From Eledone cirrhosa (lineage: Eukaryota): a DNA stretch of 64,000 nucleotides. The position numbers and the translations under genes were made by a program. Shown one piece after another: positions 13,642-25,562 of the stretch; positions within the stretch are counted from its first letter, which is position 1; each line of letters begins with the position of its first letter. The stretch spans positions 55,676,001 to 55,740,000 of the forward strand of contig OZ024744.1 in NCBI GenBank assembly GCA_964016885.1, in the 5' to 3' direction. The notes under the pieces are model-generated. The model did no database searches and was not told the DNA's origin. It was given only the letters and a program-made list of their open reading frames with translations.

Positions 13642-15078
13642 CTAGCAGTTTAGCCCGGCGTTGCTCGGGTTTGTTCATTTGCTATGAAAAGTTACATACA
13701 GGTAAATGTGGCTTGAAAGTGAATAAGCTTATCAATTAAGTGCATAAAGCAGTTGAACTGGTTATTAAAAGTTACAAACCAATTAGCATTTTGGACAATC
13801 AATGATGGGTTAATAATCTTCCAATAGCGAATTTAGCAAACCAAAGTTACAAGATGGTGGCCCTGATGCCGCTGGGTGTCAGATCTGTCTGCCATAGGTG
13901 ACCCTACCAGGAAATAGTTTTCCAGATGGCATAGCTCCAACACCTCCAACACCTGCACCAACATCTATAGCACATCTTTGTAGACGATATTGCATGTCAT
14001 CCCTTGAGGAGTGTAAGCAAAAACTCCATTCCTGCTCCCTACGCAGGAACAGGCAACATAAAGTTGGCCATGGGAGAAGCATAGCTCCCCGAAATGGATG
14101 CCTGCCACCGACAATGTTTGCCCTTGTGACTTGTTAATGGACATGGCAAAACATGGTCCCACCGGGAATTGGGATCGTCGGAAATCGAACAGGATATCTG
14201 ACGCCGAGAGGAAAAGGTTCATCCTTGGCAGTGTATTCGGCAGAATTGCCAGAAGTACAACACTATGGATGTTGTCATAACCAATTAAAGTCGTAAAAAA
14301 TAAATAATTTAAACATTCTGATTCATATGTCTATAGCATTAATCTGTTATATGAATTGTTATTTTGCGGGTTGTTATTTGCAATAAGCCGATTTAAAATA
14401 CCCCAGAAAAGCCATATGTCAATACAGAACTCCAATGACTCTCCCAGCAGTTAAATTATAGAGAGGTGGAATAATCTATTATAGAGAGAGGGAAGAGCGA
14501 CAGAGAGAGTAAAGCTAAGAAAGTATAGGGAGGTGTGTAAAACAGTATTGTCATATAGAGAGTGAAGAACGACAGAGAGAGTAAAGCAGTTAAATTATAT
14601 AGAGGGGGAATAATCTATTATAGAGAGAGGGAAGAACGACGGAGAGAGCGTTATGACTATGCTTGTTGTATAAATTGATGTGTTGCTTAGTTTTCAAAGT
14701 TTATGTCGCTTTCCTGAACGAAATTTTGTCGCTGTTGTAAACTGTAAGAGAGTTGCATAGGAGATTGAGAGGGGAGTAGAGGGAGGGATGAACTTTTTAA
14801 AGAGAGTTGCAACATGTATGTAGTTACATCGATTTTTGAGGGTAGTAGAGAGAGGGATTAAGCGTGTAAGAGAAAGGGTTACAGCATGTATTTAGTTTTA
14901 TCGATTTTTTTCATAGAAGCAGGACATTTTTGGCAAAGTTTATTACGCGTTGACCATCGTCGGTTAATTTTGATTGAGTACATTGGAAAAAAAATCATCA
15001 AAATCAGTAGAGAAATGTGGAAATGCATAAAAATCATACACACACAGACAGACATCTTCCATTTTATATATATAGAGA
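13642..15078 (-). mobile_element. Internally deleted Helitron retaining Pif1 helicase C-terminal motifs
   Basis: 5' TC end at 15078; subterminal hairpin CCCGAGCAACGCCGGG and CTAG 3' end at 13642; A|T target; FAMSINKSQGQTL...FSHGQLYVA. Confidence 0.88.
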
Positions 15079-15356
15079 TAAAGAGCAAAGTTGTCCACAG
15101 TGAGATTTGAACTCTGTACACTAGTCTATGAAGGTATATATGTTAACCTTGAATTCACCAATTAATTCTAGAAAAGATTATAAATATATTTTGGAGTTGT
15201 ACAAGTGGCTTGTTCTGAGCCTATGTGTTGAAACTGAAGCAGAAGATCATCATTATCATCCTTTTTACATCAAATTTTTGCCATGCTTGCATGAGTTGGA
15301 TGGGTCTATTCCAGCATAGTTTCCTTCTACTTGTGTTATTTCATCATTTCATGAAT

Positions 15357-15537
15357 TGGCAGTATCAGTAGAGGGTCGGACGCCATGCTTTGACGCATAG
15401 AGTTACGGCCCTTGCCATTCTGAGTTCAAATCCCGCCGAGGTTAACTTTGCCTTTCATCCTTACGGGGTCGATAAAATAAAGTACTAGTAATACACTGGG
15501 TAATTGCTGGCCTTGTGCCAAAGGTAGAAACAGTTAT
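15357..15537 (+). mobile_element. tRNA-derived Nin-domain SINE
   Basis: B-box GAGTTCAAATCC, then TTGCCTTTCATCCTTACGGGGTCGATAAAATAAAGTAC; copies at 29411, 40189, 45246. Confidence 0.85.
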
Positions 15538-16260
15538 TTCATCATTTCATCTGTGAGATCATCTCTCACCGGTTCTGCCCAGGTCTTTCTTGATCTTCCG
15601 CTACTGCAGCTCTCTTCCAAGATAACTCCTGGCATTTCTTCATCCAATGACCATCATGCATATGTATTTCCTGGGTTATAAAACCAACCTGAGTATCCCA
15701 GTGACACTGTAAATATACACACATACTTGGACATATATGCATATTAACATACAGATTAACCACTCACTGCCTGCTACAATCATCTACACTCACTATTCAG
15801 AAGAAGGGCTTGTTAAATATTGTGGCGACACAGGCTGCAGCCCAATGAGCCCTACCCCAGATTCGATCCGTGAATGTTCTGTCGTTGTTGAGGGTATGTT
15901 TCCTTATGCCATGCCCATCAACAACCACTTTACAAGATGCACTAGGTGCAGTTTGTCATTTGACAACAGTCACTAGAGTTGTTGTTTTTGCACCACATTC
16001 ATGACTACCCTTTATTCTACATCCCCCCCCATTCCTTTCTCTCTCTCTCTCTCTATCTATCTCCCCATCCCCACCCCAACACTCTCTATATACACACACA
16101 ATATCTGGTGACATCATCATTTGTTTGTTTGCACCATCTGTCTTGCCCTGGTTGTTCTCACCATCTGTGTTGCAGACTGTATATACATATGTGTGTGTCT
16201 GTGTGTATTATATACATATATATATATACATATATATCTATATATATATGTATATATATA

Positions 16261-16297
<37 letters not shown>

Positions 16298-16331
16298 CGT
16301 GGAAGATAGACGTTAAACGTTGATGATGATG

Positions 16332-16362
<31 letters not shown>

Positions 16363-16885
16363 ATTATGTATGTATCTATGCATGCACACACAGACCCCCC
16401 CCACACACACACACGCACTCACACTCACACACACATGCACGTGCACACACACATATATATGCCGTTGGAATACTCCAGTTGATTCAACCAAACGGAAGTG
16501 CCTGCTCATAAATGTAACATGTTAGTAGCTGTGCATTCCAAAGATATGTATGCCTTTAATGTTGTTGTTCTCAGGGAGATTTAGTGTGATGTGGGACATG
16601 GCTGGCTCCTGAATTACAAGTACATACCTTGTTTGCCAACTGAGTGGACTGAAGTATGTACCCCCTGTCAGAGCATGGAACTAACAACCTTATAGTCATA
16701 AGCCCACCACCAATAACTACTGCTAAGCCATACACATTCACATACACACATATATCATCATCATCATCATCATTTTACGTCCACTTTTCCCTGCTTGCAT
16801 ATATATATATATATATAAATATATATACTGTCTAACCCTTGCTAGCATGGAAGATGGATGATAAACGATGATGATGATGATGATG

Positions 16886-16918
<33 letters not shown>

Positions 16919-17234
16919 AAGAGATTTTATTAGTCCAAATTAAAAGTTTAAGCAAAGAATTTCTGCTTTTATCCTAAGTGGGATTTTCTGAAACACACCC
17001 ACACACATACACACACAAATACCCCCCACGCACACATACACACACAAACACATGCATTTTTATTGCAAGGTTCTCCGATAACCTTAATAATTACTTTTAT
17101 TTGATGTATACATAATTTCTTAATATATGACCAAAATTTGAGTAATTATTATCATTTGGAATATAAATGTTGGACTATCCAATTACTTATGACTCAATCT
17201 GTGTATATATTAATGTTTGATAAATTTATTTATA

Positions 17235-17763
17235 CTAGGTTGAGGAAAAAGTTTGTGAGCTGTGTTAAAATAATGATTTTTTATGCAAGAATTTATTCAA
17301 AAGCAACAACAACTATTCTTCAAAATAAAGACCATCATTGCCCACGACCTTCTGCCAACGACCTGCAGGCTTTCGGATTTGGGCAAGGTACCAATCCTTC
17401 GGCTTTCAATCGAAAAATTCTTGACAAGCTTCTTCAACTTCATTGAATGACTCAAATCGGCGACCTTTCATAGGGTGCTGCAATGATCGGAAGAGACCGT
17501 AGTCAGATGGAGCAACGTCTGGACTCTAGGCTGGATGCAACAGAACTTCCACACTGTCCAATTCTTCAATCTTGTTGCTGGTCTTTCTGGCGGTATGTGG
17601 CTTTGCATTGTCTTGTTGAAACAAAGCGCGTTTTCGATGAACAAGACTTCAGTACTTTTCAACCAGCGCATCGTAGACTCGATCAAGTTGCTCGCAGTAA
17701 AGTTCAGCGTTGATGGCGCGACCATTATTTTAACACGGTGCACAAACTTTTTCCTCAACCTAA
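17235..17763 (-). mobile_element. Internally deleted mariner with both TIRs and TA target duplication
   Basis: TIR CTAGGTTGAGGAAAAAGTTTGTG / CACAAACTTTTTCCTCAACCTAA; internal SPDVAPSDY motif on minus strand. Confidence 0.88.
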
Positions 17764-17887
17764 TATATATGTCAATCGATCTTTTAATTTTATAATAAAT
17801 GTTTGGATTTATTCTTTGAGTTTCTTCTGCAGGTGGTATGATGCATGTTTGAGATTTTCTCAGACATGACATCTATATTTTTTATAG

Positions 17888-17942
<55 letters not shown>

Positions 17943-17959
17943 TACTTGGGGAGGGTCAT

Positions 17960-19352
17960 ATTGTTGTAATAATATTGCCAGAAATAATAACAGAACATAC
18001 TCACTGTTTGGTTGGTTTTCGCTTCTGTATCTTTTATATCTCCACAGTTAATTCATTTGGTCCTCAATGTTTATTATTGACTGACCAACGGTAAAAAATA
18101 CAGATATAAATACATATTTATAGTCTAACAAAGTTCTTTCGTTGCACATCTGCAAAATCATCAGTGGTACTATTATGATCCTCCTGTTGTATTGTATGTC
18201 TACGCCATTTTTATTTTATCTGTTTATTTATTTATTTATTTTGGTCTTCTCTGTGCATGCATTTGCGCGTGTGTATAGTGTTTGGTGTGTGTGTTCGCGT
18301 TTGGGTGACTGTGTTTTGGTTATTGTATTCTATCTTAGTTTACTAGTGTGTGTTTATATGCGTTTGTTGTTATTGTGCTTGTGTATATATATATTTATTT
18401 ATTTATTTATTTATATTTCTCTTAAGTCAGTGTTGTTTGTTTGGGTGTTGTTGTTATTCCATTCATTTTTTCTGTTTAGCTTTGGCTTTCTATTTTGCTT
18501 GCCTCTATTTTGCTTGCCTCTCTGATTTGCCTATCTGCTGGCTCATTTCTATGTTTAGATATTATTTTAATTTCTATGTTGTCTATGTTACCGTCATGTT
18601 GTTGTCTGGTGTGTTTGTATAGTACTGAACCATTTTTTCGTCCTTTTAATTTCCCCTGTGTTGGTCCATCCTTTCATCTATGTTACGAGCTGTCTCACCT
18701 ATGTATGTTGTTGTCATGTTTCTGCAAGTGTACATCTTATGCTATAGACTACATTTCTAGTTTTACAGTTTATCTGGGGATTTACTTTACATATAACACA
18801 TTTCCTATTAATACAGTGGGTTTTCTTAAAATGGTATGTTTTGCTGATCAGGGATTTTATGGTAGTTCCTGACTTTTCTACCACTTTAATCTTTAAGTGG
18901 GTCTTTCTCAGGGCCTTTCTACATTAGTTAGCTAATTTCTCTCCAGGGGTAGCGTCCATGAACATGACACTCTGGTATCTCTGGTTGTCGTACCATGAGG
19001 TGGCTTTCCCTATCTTATGTTTGGTCCTATCTAAGCTATTCCATGCTTTGCTCCTGTATAATGGGCAAATTCCTTTCATGTCCAGTTCTATGAGGGTCTT
19101 ATACTTCTCCGTGGCTCCTTTGTATACTCTGATTCTGTCTCTTTGGTTGTAGCCAGAGAACTGCATGCGGTTGATGAAGTGTTGGATGTGTCTTTCCATT
19201 TCTGTTGGGTTGCACATGCGGGACACGTTCTTCATCACTCGTACCAAGTCTGCGATCAGAATATTAAACTTAGCACTACTGGACATTGCTGAGTTTTTGA
19301 GTATCAGGTATTTGGAGGCCATGGGTTTAGTGTAGTGTGAGTGGGCTATAAT
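17960..19352 (-). mobile_element. Penelope-like element 3' part (RT thumb, frameshifted GIY-YIG, simple-repeat-rich 3' region)
   Basis: HYTKPMAS...NSAMS...SGY; downstream CKTRNVVYSIRC / YIGETAR. Confidence 0.8.
18120..18173 (-). ncRNA. Degenerate hammerhead ribozyme in Penelope 3' region
   Basis: CUGAUGA-UUUUGCA GAUG UGCAAC-GAAA; stem I imperfect. Confidence 0.5.
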
Positions 19353-19399
19353 CAATATCGGGAAAAATGAAAGTGCCCATGACCATCCGGAGTACATAA

Positions 19400-19832
19400 G
19401 TAAACTATGTCTTAAATACAACGCTTGTAGTTTTCTAACGCTCTTGCAGTAGCTTTACGTTCAGCATCTTGCGATCATCCAATTGCAGCCTCCATTGATG
19501 ATTCATTTGCTTTTCTTCTTTTCCCTCTCTCAGCTTTCGCCGTTTCTCAACCAATGGCGGATCTCTTCCTTGGAGGCATTATCTAAGGAAAGAGGACATT
19601 ACACACTAAGATAAGTAAAATGTTAACCAACAATTATTTAAGTTTCGTGACTGTCACGGTGATCCAGAGACAGCCTTCGTCTACCTTAGATAAAAACTTG
19701 AACATTTTATGAGTCCACAACATTTCTAGGAACATAACGCATGTTTGTTCCAAAGCTGAAGAAAATCAGTTGCTAACTGTAGAAGTTATGTAGGTACGGA
19801 CATACACACATCCTCAGTTTTATATATGTAGA
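19400..19832 (-). mobile_element. Helitron 5' fragment
   Basis: TCTACATATATAAAACTGAGGATGTG 5' end; MPPRKRSAIG... start resembles the RepHel start at 56990. Confidence 0.65.
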
Positions 19833-19932
19833 TATATAAGTGTTGAAGTTTCCGTGGAAAAAGTAAAAGGAATGAAGAGTGCTCTATGTAAGTAACAGAG
19901 CTAAATATTTAATGTATAATAAACAACACAGT

Positions 19933-20097
19933 ATAATTACCTCATTACTCGAGGTTTCCCGAACAGGATGAACACAAGAGATGTCCACATTCGTTCATCA
20001 GATAAGGCAATATCTGATATTGCTTTATCTGACAAATGAATGCGGACGTCTCTTGTGTTCGTCCTGTTCGGGAAACCTTGAGTAATGAGGTAATTAT
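19933..20097. ncRNA. Fold-back palindrome with two hammerhead motifs (minus 19937-20010 intact core; plus 20020-20093 with CUGACAA)
   Basis: Minus: UUGCCUUAU CUGAUGA ACGAA...UUCGG GAAA CCUCGAG UA^AUGAGGUAA; 9-bp stem I. Confidence 0.7.
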
Positions 20098-20099
20098 TT

Positions 20100-20810
20100 A
20101 GATGCATGTTTGTGTGCGTGTGTGCGTGCGTGCGGACATTGTAACTTCCCCGGACACACACAACGCACACACACTCACACACACACAGAGTCACAGTATG
20201 GCTTGTGTGAAAGAGAGAGAGAAAATAACGTACGGTTGAGGAAGGGGGAGAGTTAAACAGTGTGTACAGAATAAATAAATAAAAGTTAAAATTATCGAAC
20301 ACTGTTATCATTTTCTCCCCTCCCCAAACCCCACTCTCTTTTTTTCTTTCTCAAACCCTCTCTTTCTTTTTTTCTCATACTCTCCCCCCTCTCTCTCTCT
20401 GTCATACCCTCTCTCCCTTTCTCTACAGAATGGAGAACAATCAAGAACGCACATTGTCGTCTGCTTTGTTTGAAATTTCTCTATGTATATTTCTAAGTTG
20501 TTGCCTCGTTTTGGAGGACTGAGTTGTGGGAGGAGGAAGGGGAGTAGTGGGAGGGAGAGTTTGACATAATGTAATAGTATCTCCTCTACCCCTCTCTCAC
20601 TGAAACGTATTGTCTTTCCTCCTCCATTGTAAAGATGTTCCCAGGGGTTTCATTATTGATTTTTATTGAAATCCAATTAGCCAGTCTTGTTTCTGAATAT
20701 TAGCTTAACATGTGTGTAAAGTTTCATCAGGATCAGATCACTGGTGTAGGGACCAAGTGGTTATACACATGTACACAGACAGACAGAAATTGCTATTTAC
20801 ATAGTAGGTA
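20100..20810 (-). mobile_element. Probable non-autonomous Helitron-like element
   Basis: End ACAGACAGACAGAAATTGCTATTTACATAGTAG resembles the other Helitron 5' ends here; other boundary uncertain. Confidence 0.45.
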
Positions 20811-20882
20811 TATATATAATATATATATATGTGTGTGTACGTATATATGTATATCTCTATATGTACTTCTCTCTACATGCTG

Positions 20883-20961
<79 letters not shown>

Positions 20962-21068
20962 TATATATACCTCCTTCCATACACCTCCCAAGCCCCAACA
21001 CCCACCATCGTTTTTATGTCTGCTTTTGGACTACCCGATTACTTTCAACTTACCTTGTACATATATAT

Positions 21069-21165
<97 letters not shown>

Positions 21166-21199
21166 AAACAAACAAATAGTTTGTTACGACAAACAGTAC

Positions 21200-21425
21200 C
21201 CCTCACTCACTGTGAAGTGGTCATGTAGGTGTCACAACAAAAAGCATCCAGCACACACTGTAAATGTGATGGCATTAGGAAGGACATCCAGCCATAGAAA
21301 CCTAGCCATAAACAGTTCTGTATGAGCAAGACACAGTCACCCGTCCTAACTTGCCTCTAATGGGACAACCTGTCTAACCCATGCTAGTGTGGAAAATGGA
21401 TGTTAAACGATGATGATGATGATGA
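21200..21425 (+). mobile_element. RTE-tailed SINE-like element
   Basis: TTAGGAAGGACATCCAGC motif; CTAACCCATGCTAG...(GAT)n tail. Confidence 0.8.
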
Positions 21426-21624
21426 TATATATCACTGTCATCTCTCATCATCTTTACATCTGCTTTTGGACTACCCAATTACTTACAACTCACCTTGTAC
21501 ATATATATTAACATATATATATATAAAACAAATAAATAGTTTATCGCTCTACATGGCTGAATACAATAAATATAATCTGAGTTTTTCGAATATAATAATA
21601 TTTGATTCATTTGCAATTATGCAA

Positions 21625-24600
21625 ACAAGGGTCATTCTCCATGCGCATCACATGTCCATACCAATGCAGTCTTCTCTCCTGCACACTACAGCTTATCCCT
21701 CTTATACAGTTTCCCTCTCAATTCGTCTATGCTTGGTTGTTCACACACATTGACATTGCACATCCAACTGAGCATGCTTACTTCATTTCTCTCCAGCTGT
21801 CACATATCCTCTGCAGTTGCTGTCCATGTCTCACTACCATGCAACATCGCGCTTCTCACATAGTCATCATATAACCGGCCTTTCATTCATAGGGAGAAAC
21901 CCTTCTTTGTCAACAGAGGAAGCAGCTCCCTAAACTTCTTCCAACTCATCCTTATTTTAGATATTATGGCCTCGGAGCACCCTCCTCCCTTGTTAATCTG
22001 ATCACCTAGGTACCGGAAGCTATCAACCACCTCTATAGGTCCTACCTGCATTTAACAAATGTGTCTATCAATGCGACTTCTACTGTCAAATTCCCTTGTA
22101 CATCTACTGCATAGGTAGTTTTCCCTACCTGTTAGTTTGCCTGCTATTCCACTACATCTCTTGTGTATCCAAAAGCTGCATTGTGTACATTTTATAAAAT
22201 TTATGCCAATGCCTTTCCTACATATCAAACAAGATCATTTCCCTGATGGAATCAGTTTTGTCCTCTTTTCTACTCATCAACACTTTTGTCTTAGCTAGGT
22301 TCACTCTCAGTCCTCTTGATTCCAACTGCTGTTTCCATAGCCAGAATTTATTCTTTAGCTCCTCTACTGATTCTGCTATACGTACCAGATTGTCAGCATA
22401 GAAAAGTTCCCAATGGGTAGCCAGTCTTAAACTCCTCTGTTATGGCTTGGAGGACTATAATGAACAAGAGCAGGCTGAGGACCGAACCCTGATGTACTCC
22501 TACTTGTATCTGGAATTCCTCACTAAACTCCATTCCTACCCTGACTTTACTGAGAGTACCTCTGTACAAAGTTTGCACTGTCCTTACAAGCCATTCCTCA
22601 ACACCTAGCTTCCTTAGGGACCACCAGATGACAGATCGGGGTACCCTATCAAAGGCCTTCTCTAGGCCAACAAAAGCTAAGTATAGTGGCTTATTCTTCT
22701 CTAAGAACATCTCTTGTACTTTTCCCAGGCACAAAACTGCATCTCACCTAATTTGACCCTTTCTCTAATTAGTTGGGCTAGTATTCTTTCTGCCACTTTC
22801 ATAACCTGATCCATCAGTTTTATGCCCCTATAATTCTTCCTCTCCAGAGCATCCCCTTTACCTTCAGTCTTTGGGTATGACTCTACTATGTATAGCTTGA
22901 TGGACGATGCGTGCAACCAGTTTAGTTCCTACTTCTGATGCCTTCAGCATCTCAGCAACTATCCCTGACAGTCCAGTGGCCTTACCAGTTTTCATTTCCT
23001 TAATTGCCTCTTTGACCCTATAGCCGTCAATCTCAATAGCTGGTCCCTCTGTCGGGTTTACTGGGGGCAGTTTCTTTCTCTCCCATTCGATCTCAACATT
23101 CATCAGTCTCTCATAATGACATTTCCAGGCCTCCTTTTTCTGAGCATCAGTGACACTAAGTGCACCAACATCATTTCGGACACACTTATCTCCAACAACA
23201 TCCTGATTTACACTGACACACTGCCTTGCAATGCGGAACACCACATGTCTCTGATCTTCTCAGACAAACATTGGCAAACCTCCTACTCTCAGCTTTCCTG
23301 CGTGCTAAGTACACCTGACGTCTAGCTTCTCTCTTAGCGGCTGTATATCGGTCTCTACTCCCACCATTTTCCCAAGCCTTCCATGTTAGTTTTTTGTCTT
23401 TAAAGGCCCTATCTGTCTGGTCACACTCTGTCTGGTTGGAGCCCTGCTCCAGCCATAAGTTTCTTCAGTAGCCTGCAGTAAGTTGTTACATAAGAAATTC
23501 CAGTTATTATCTATGTCATACGATCCTAACTCATCTTCCTTTTCGTCATACACATCTTGAAGGGCTTTCCTAAATATATATTTTAGTGAAAGGTCTTTTA
23601 TCTTCCAGACCTTCCTTTTCCACACCTTCCTGTTTGTCTCATTTTGTATTTTGCTTATTGAGATGTCACTAACGACTAACCTATACTGGAGGATACATTC
23701 TTCCCTGGGGTATGCCTTAGTATTTGACACCATCTGTCTGTCTTGTTGCCTAACTAGCAAGAAGTCAATCTGGCTTATGTGCTCACCTGATTGGTAGGTT
23801 ATTAGGTGGTAGTAGGTTTCTTGAAGTTAGTGTTGCAAATGGTTGCATCACAAAATTTAAGAAGCCTCACTCCTTCTTCATTTCTTGAGCTATAACCATG
23901 ACCACCATGGAGCTGTCCAACATGTCTATTGAAGTCCCCTGCTAGTATAACTAGGTCTCTGTCCTCTGTCATTGTAGTTGTTTCTAGAAGTTGCTCCTTG
24001 AGATAAAGCTGTACCTTGAGATAAAAAGGACAGATCCTGAACACTATAGATCTTGCCTGCAATCTGACCTGAATACAATGCAACAATGGATCACAGACTG
24101 GTAACTCAAGCTGGCTGTGGACAAGTGTACCACCATGCATTTTGGGAGTAAAAACCCAGCATGCACATACTCCCTCCACAACACTAATATCAAGAAGTCT
24201 TCTTGTGAACGTCCCCTGGGCATTATGGTCAGCAGCGATTTGCGTTGGATGAAACACATCTCTAAAATTGTCAAGAAGACCGAGGGTGTCTTAGCATCAC
24301 TCAGCAAGACCTTTGTCAGCTGCTCTCCAGCTATCTATTTAAAGCTGTATGTAGCTATGGTACTTCGAATTTGCATCACCAGTCTGGAACCCCTATCTTG
24401 CTCAAAATATTGACCGCCTGGAAACTGTTCAGAGACGTGCAACCAAGCGAATACCCTCCATCAGGCATCTACCATACTCTGAATGCCTTGCTTCCCTGGG
24501 CATGGATACATTGAAGCTCCGATGTCTGGCAACTGACTTGGTAAACACCCACAAAATCATTAACCATCTTGCAAACAACAACCCTGAGTACCTTTTTGAT

Positions 24601-25495
24601 TTCCATGTGTCTAACACACGTGGGCATGCCCACAAAGTCAGAAAGCAGCACAGTTCCCATTACTTTCGGAAACATTTTTTCACGTTCAGAGTTGCTGAAG
24701 CATGGAACAAACTACCTACATCAGTTGTTAGCTGCTGGGACACTGCATCCTTTAAAACCTCCACGCTTCCTGAGATTCGCCAACACTACACCTAATATTC
24801 CCTTTCCATACATACGCACACATGTATATCATAACTCATACACTATTCACTTCCCTGACATTTGTATATTATTCTATGTACTATAAATGCACCTTTGACG
24901 AGTTGTAGTGCATCTGAGCACTGTACACAATAATTTCATTATATATTATATCAAAAGCAGTCCTTCTCTTCTTTACCTAGGCCCACCTGGGGAGCATGGG
25001 TAAAGATAATTGTCAGCAGACTCTTGCATATAACTAATCTAATCTTAATTATTCTATTACTGACTCTAACTACCTCTACTGTCTTATTGATCCACCTCTC
25101 GGCCAGTAAAATGCCTACCCCACCTAACCCACCATCATTTCCTACCCAGAAAAGCTTATAGCTGAGATGTTTGCCTGTGATTAGTCTTGCTGAGGCACCT
25201 CTCCATCTCACCTCTTGCACACAGCACACATCCACATGTCTTCTCTCTAACATCTCCACTATTTCACCAGATCTACCTGTTAGGGGGCCAACATTAAGAG
25301 TGGCAACCCTGAGATGCGACGTCTTTAGTTGTTTCTTCCTTTTCTACAAAGAAAAATGGTTTATAATCATGTTGTGTGATTGCTTGATGACAGTCGGGGG
25401 TTCTTGCACATGGCTGCACTAGCCACCCCACTACCATGCGCAGCCCTAACATGGTTAGTGTTATTGTTCTTCATGCAGTTATTGCGATATATATT
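21625..25495 (-). mobile_element. Near full-length decayed RTE LINE, interrupted by a CR1 insertion
   Basis: APE (CCVQEVRW, AGDFN) and RT (LEKAFDRVPR, GVHQGSVLS); collinear with 59460-62430. Confidence 0.92.
23996..24950 (+). mobile_element. CR1-group LINE 3' fragment nested in the RTE
   Basis: NTRGHAHK...HFFTFRVAEAWNKLP; tail CTGAGCACTGTACACAATAATTTCATTAT. Confidence 0.88.
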
Positions 25496-25562
25496 TGTTG
25501 GTGTGCTCATAACTGTATACAGCTTTAAATAGATGGCTGGAGAGCAGCTAACAAAGATCTTG

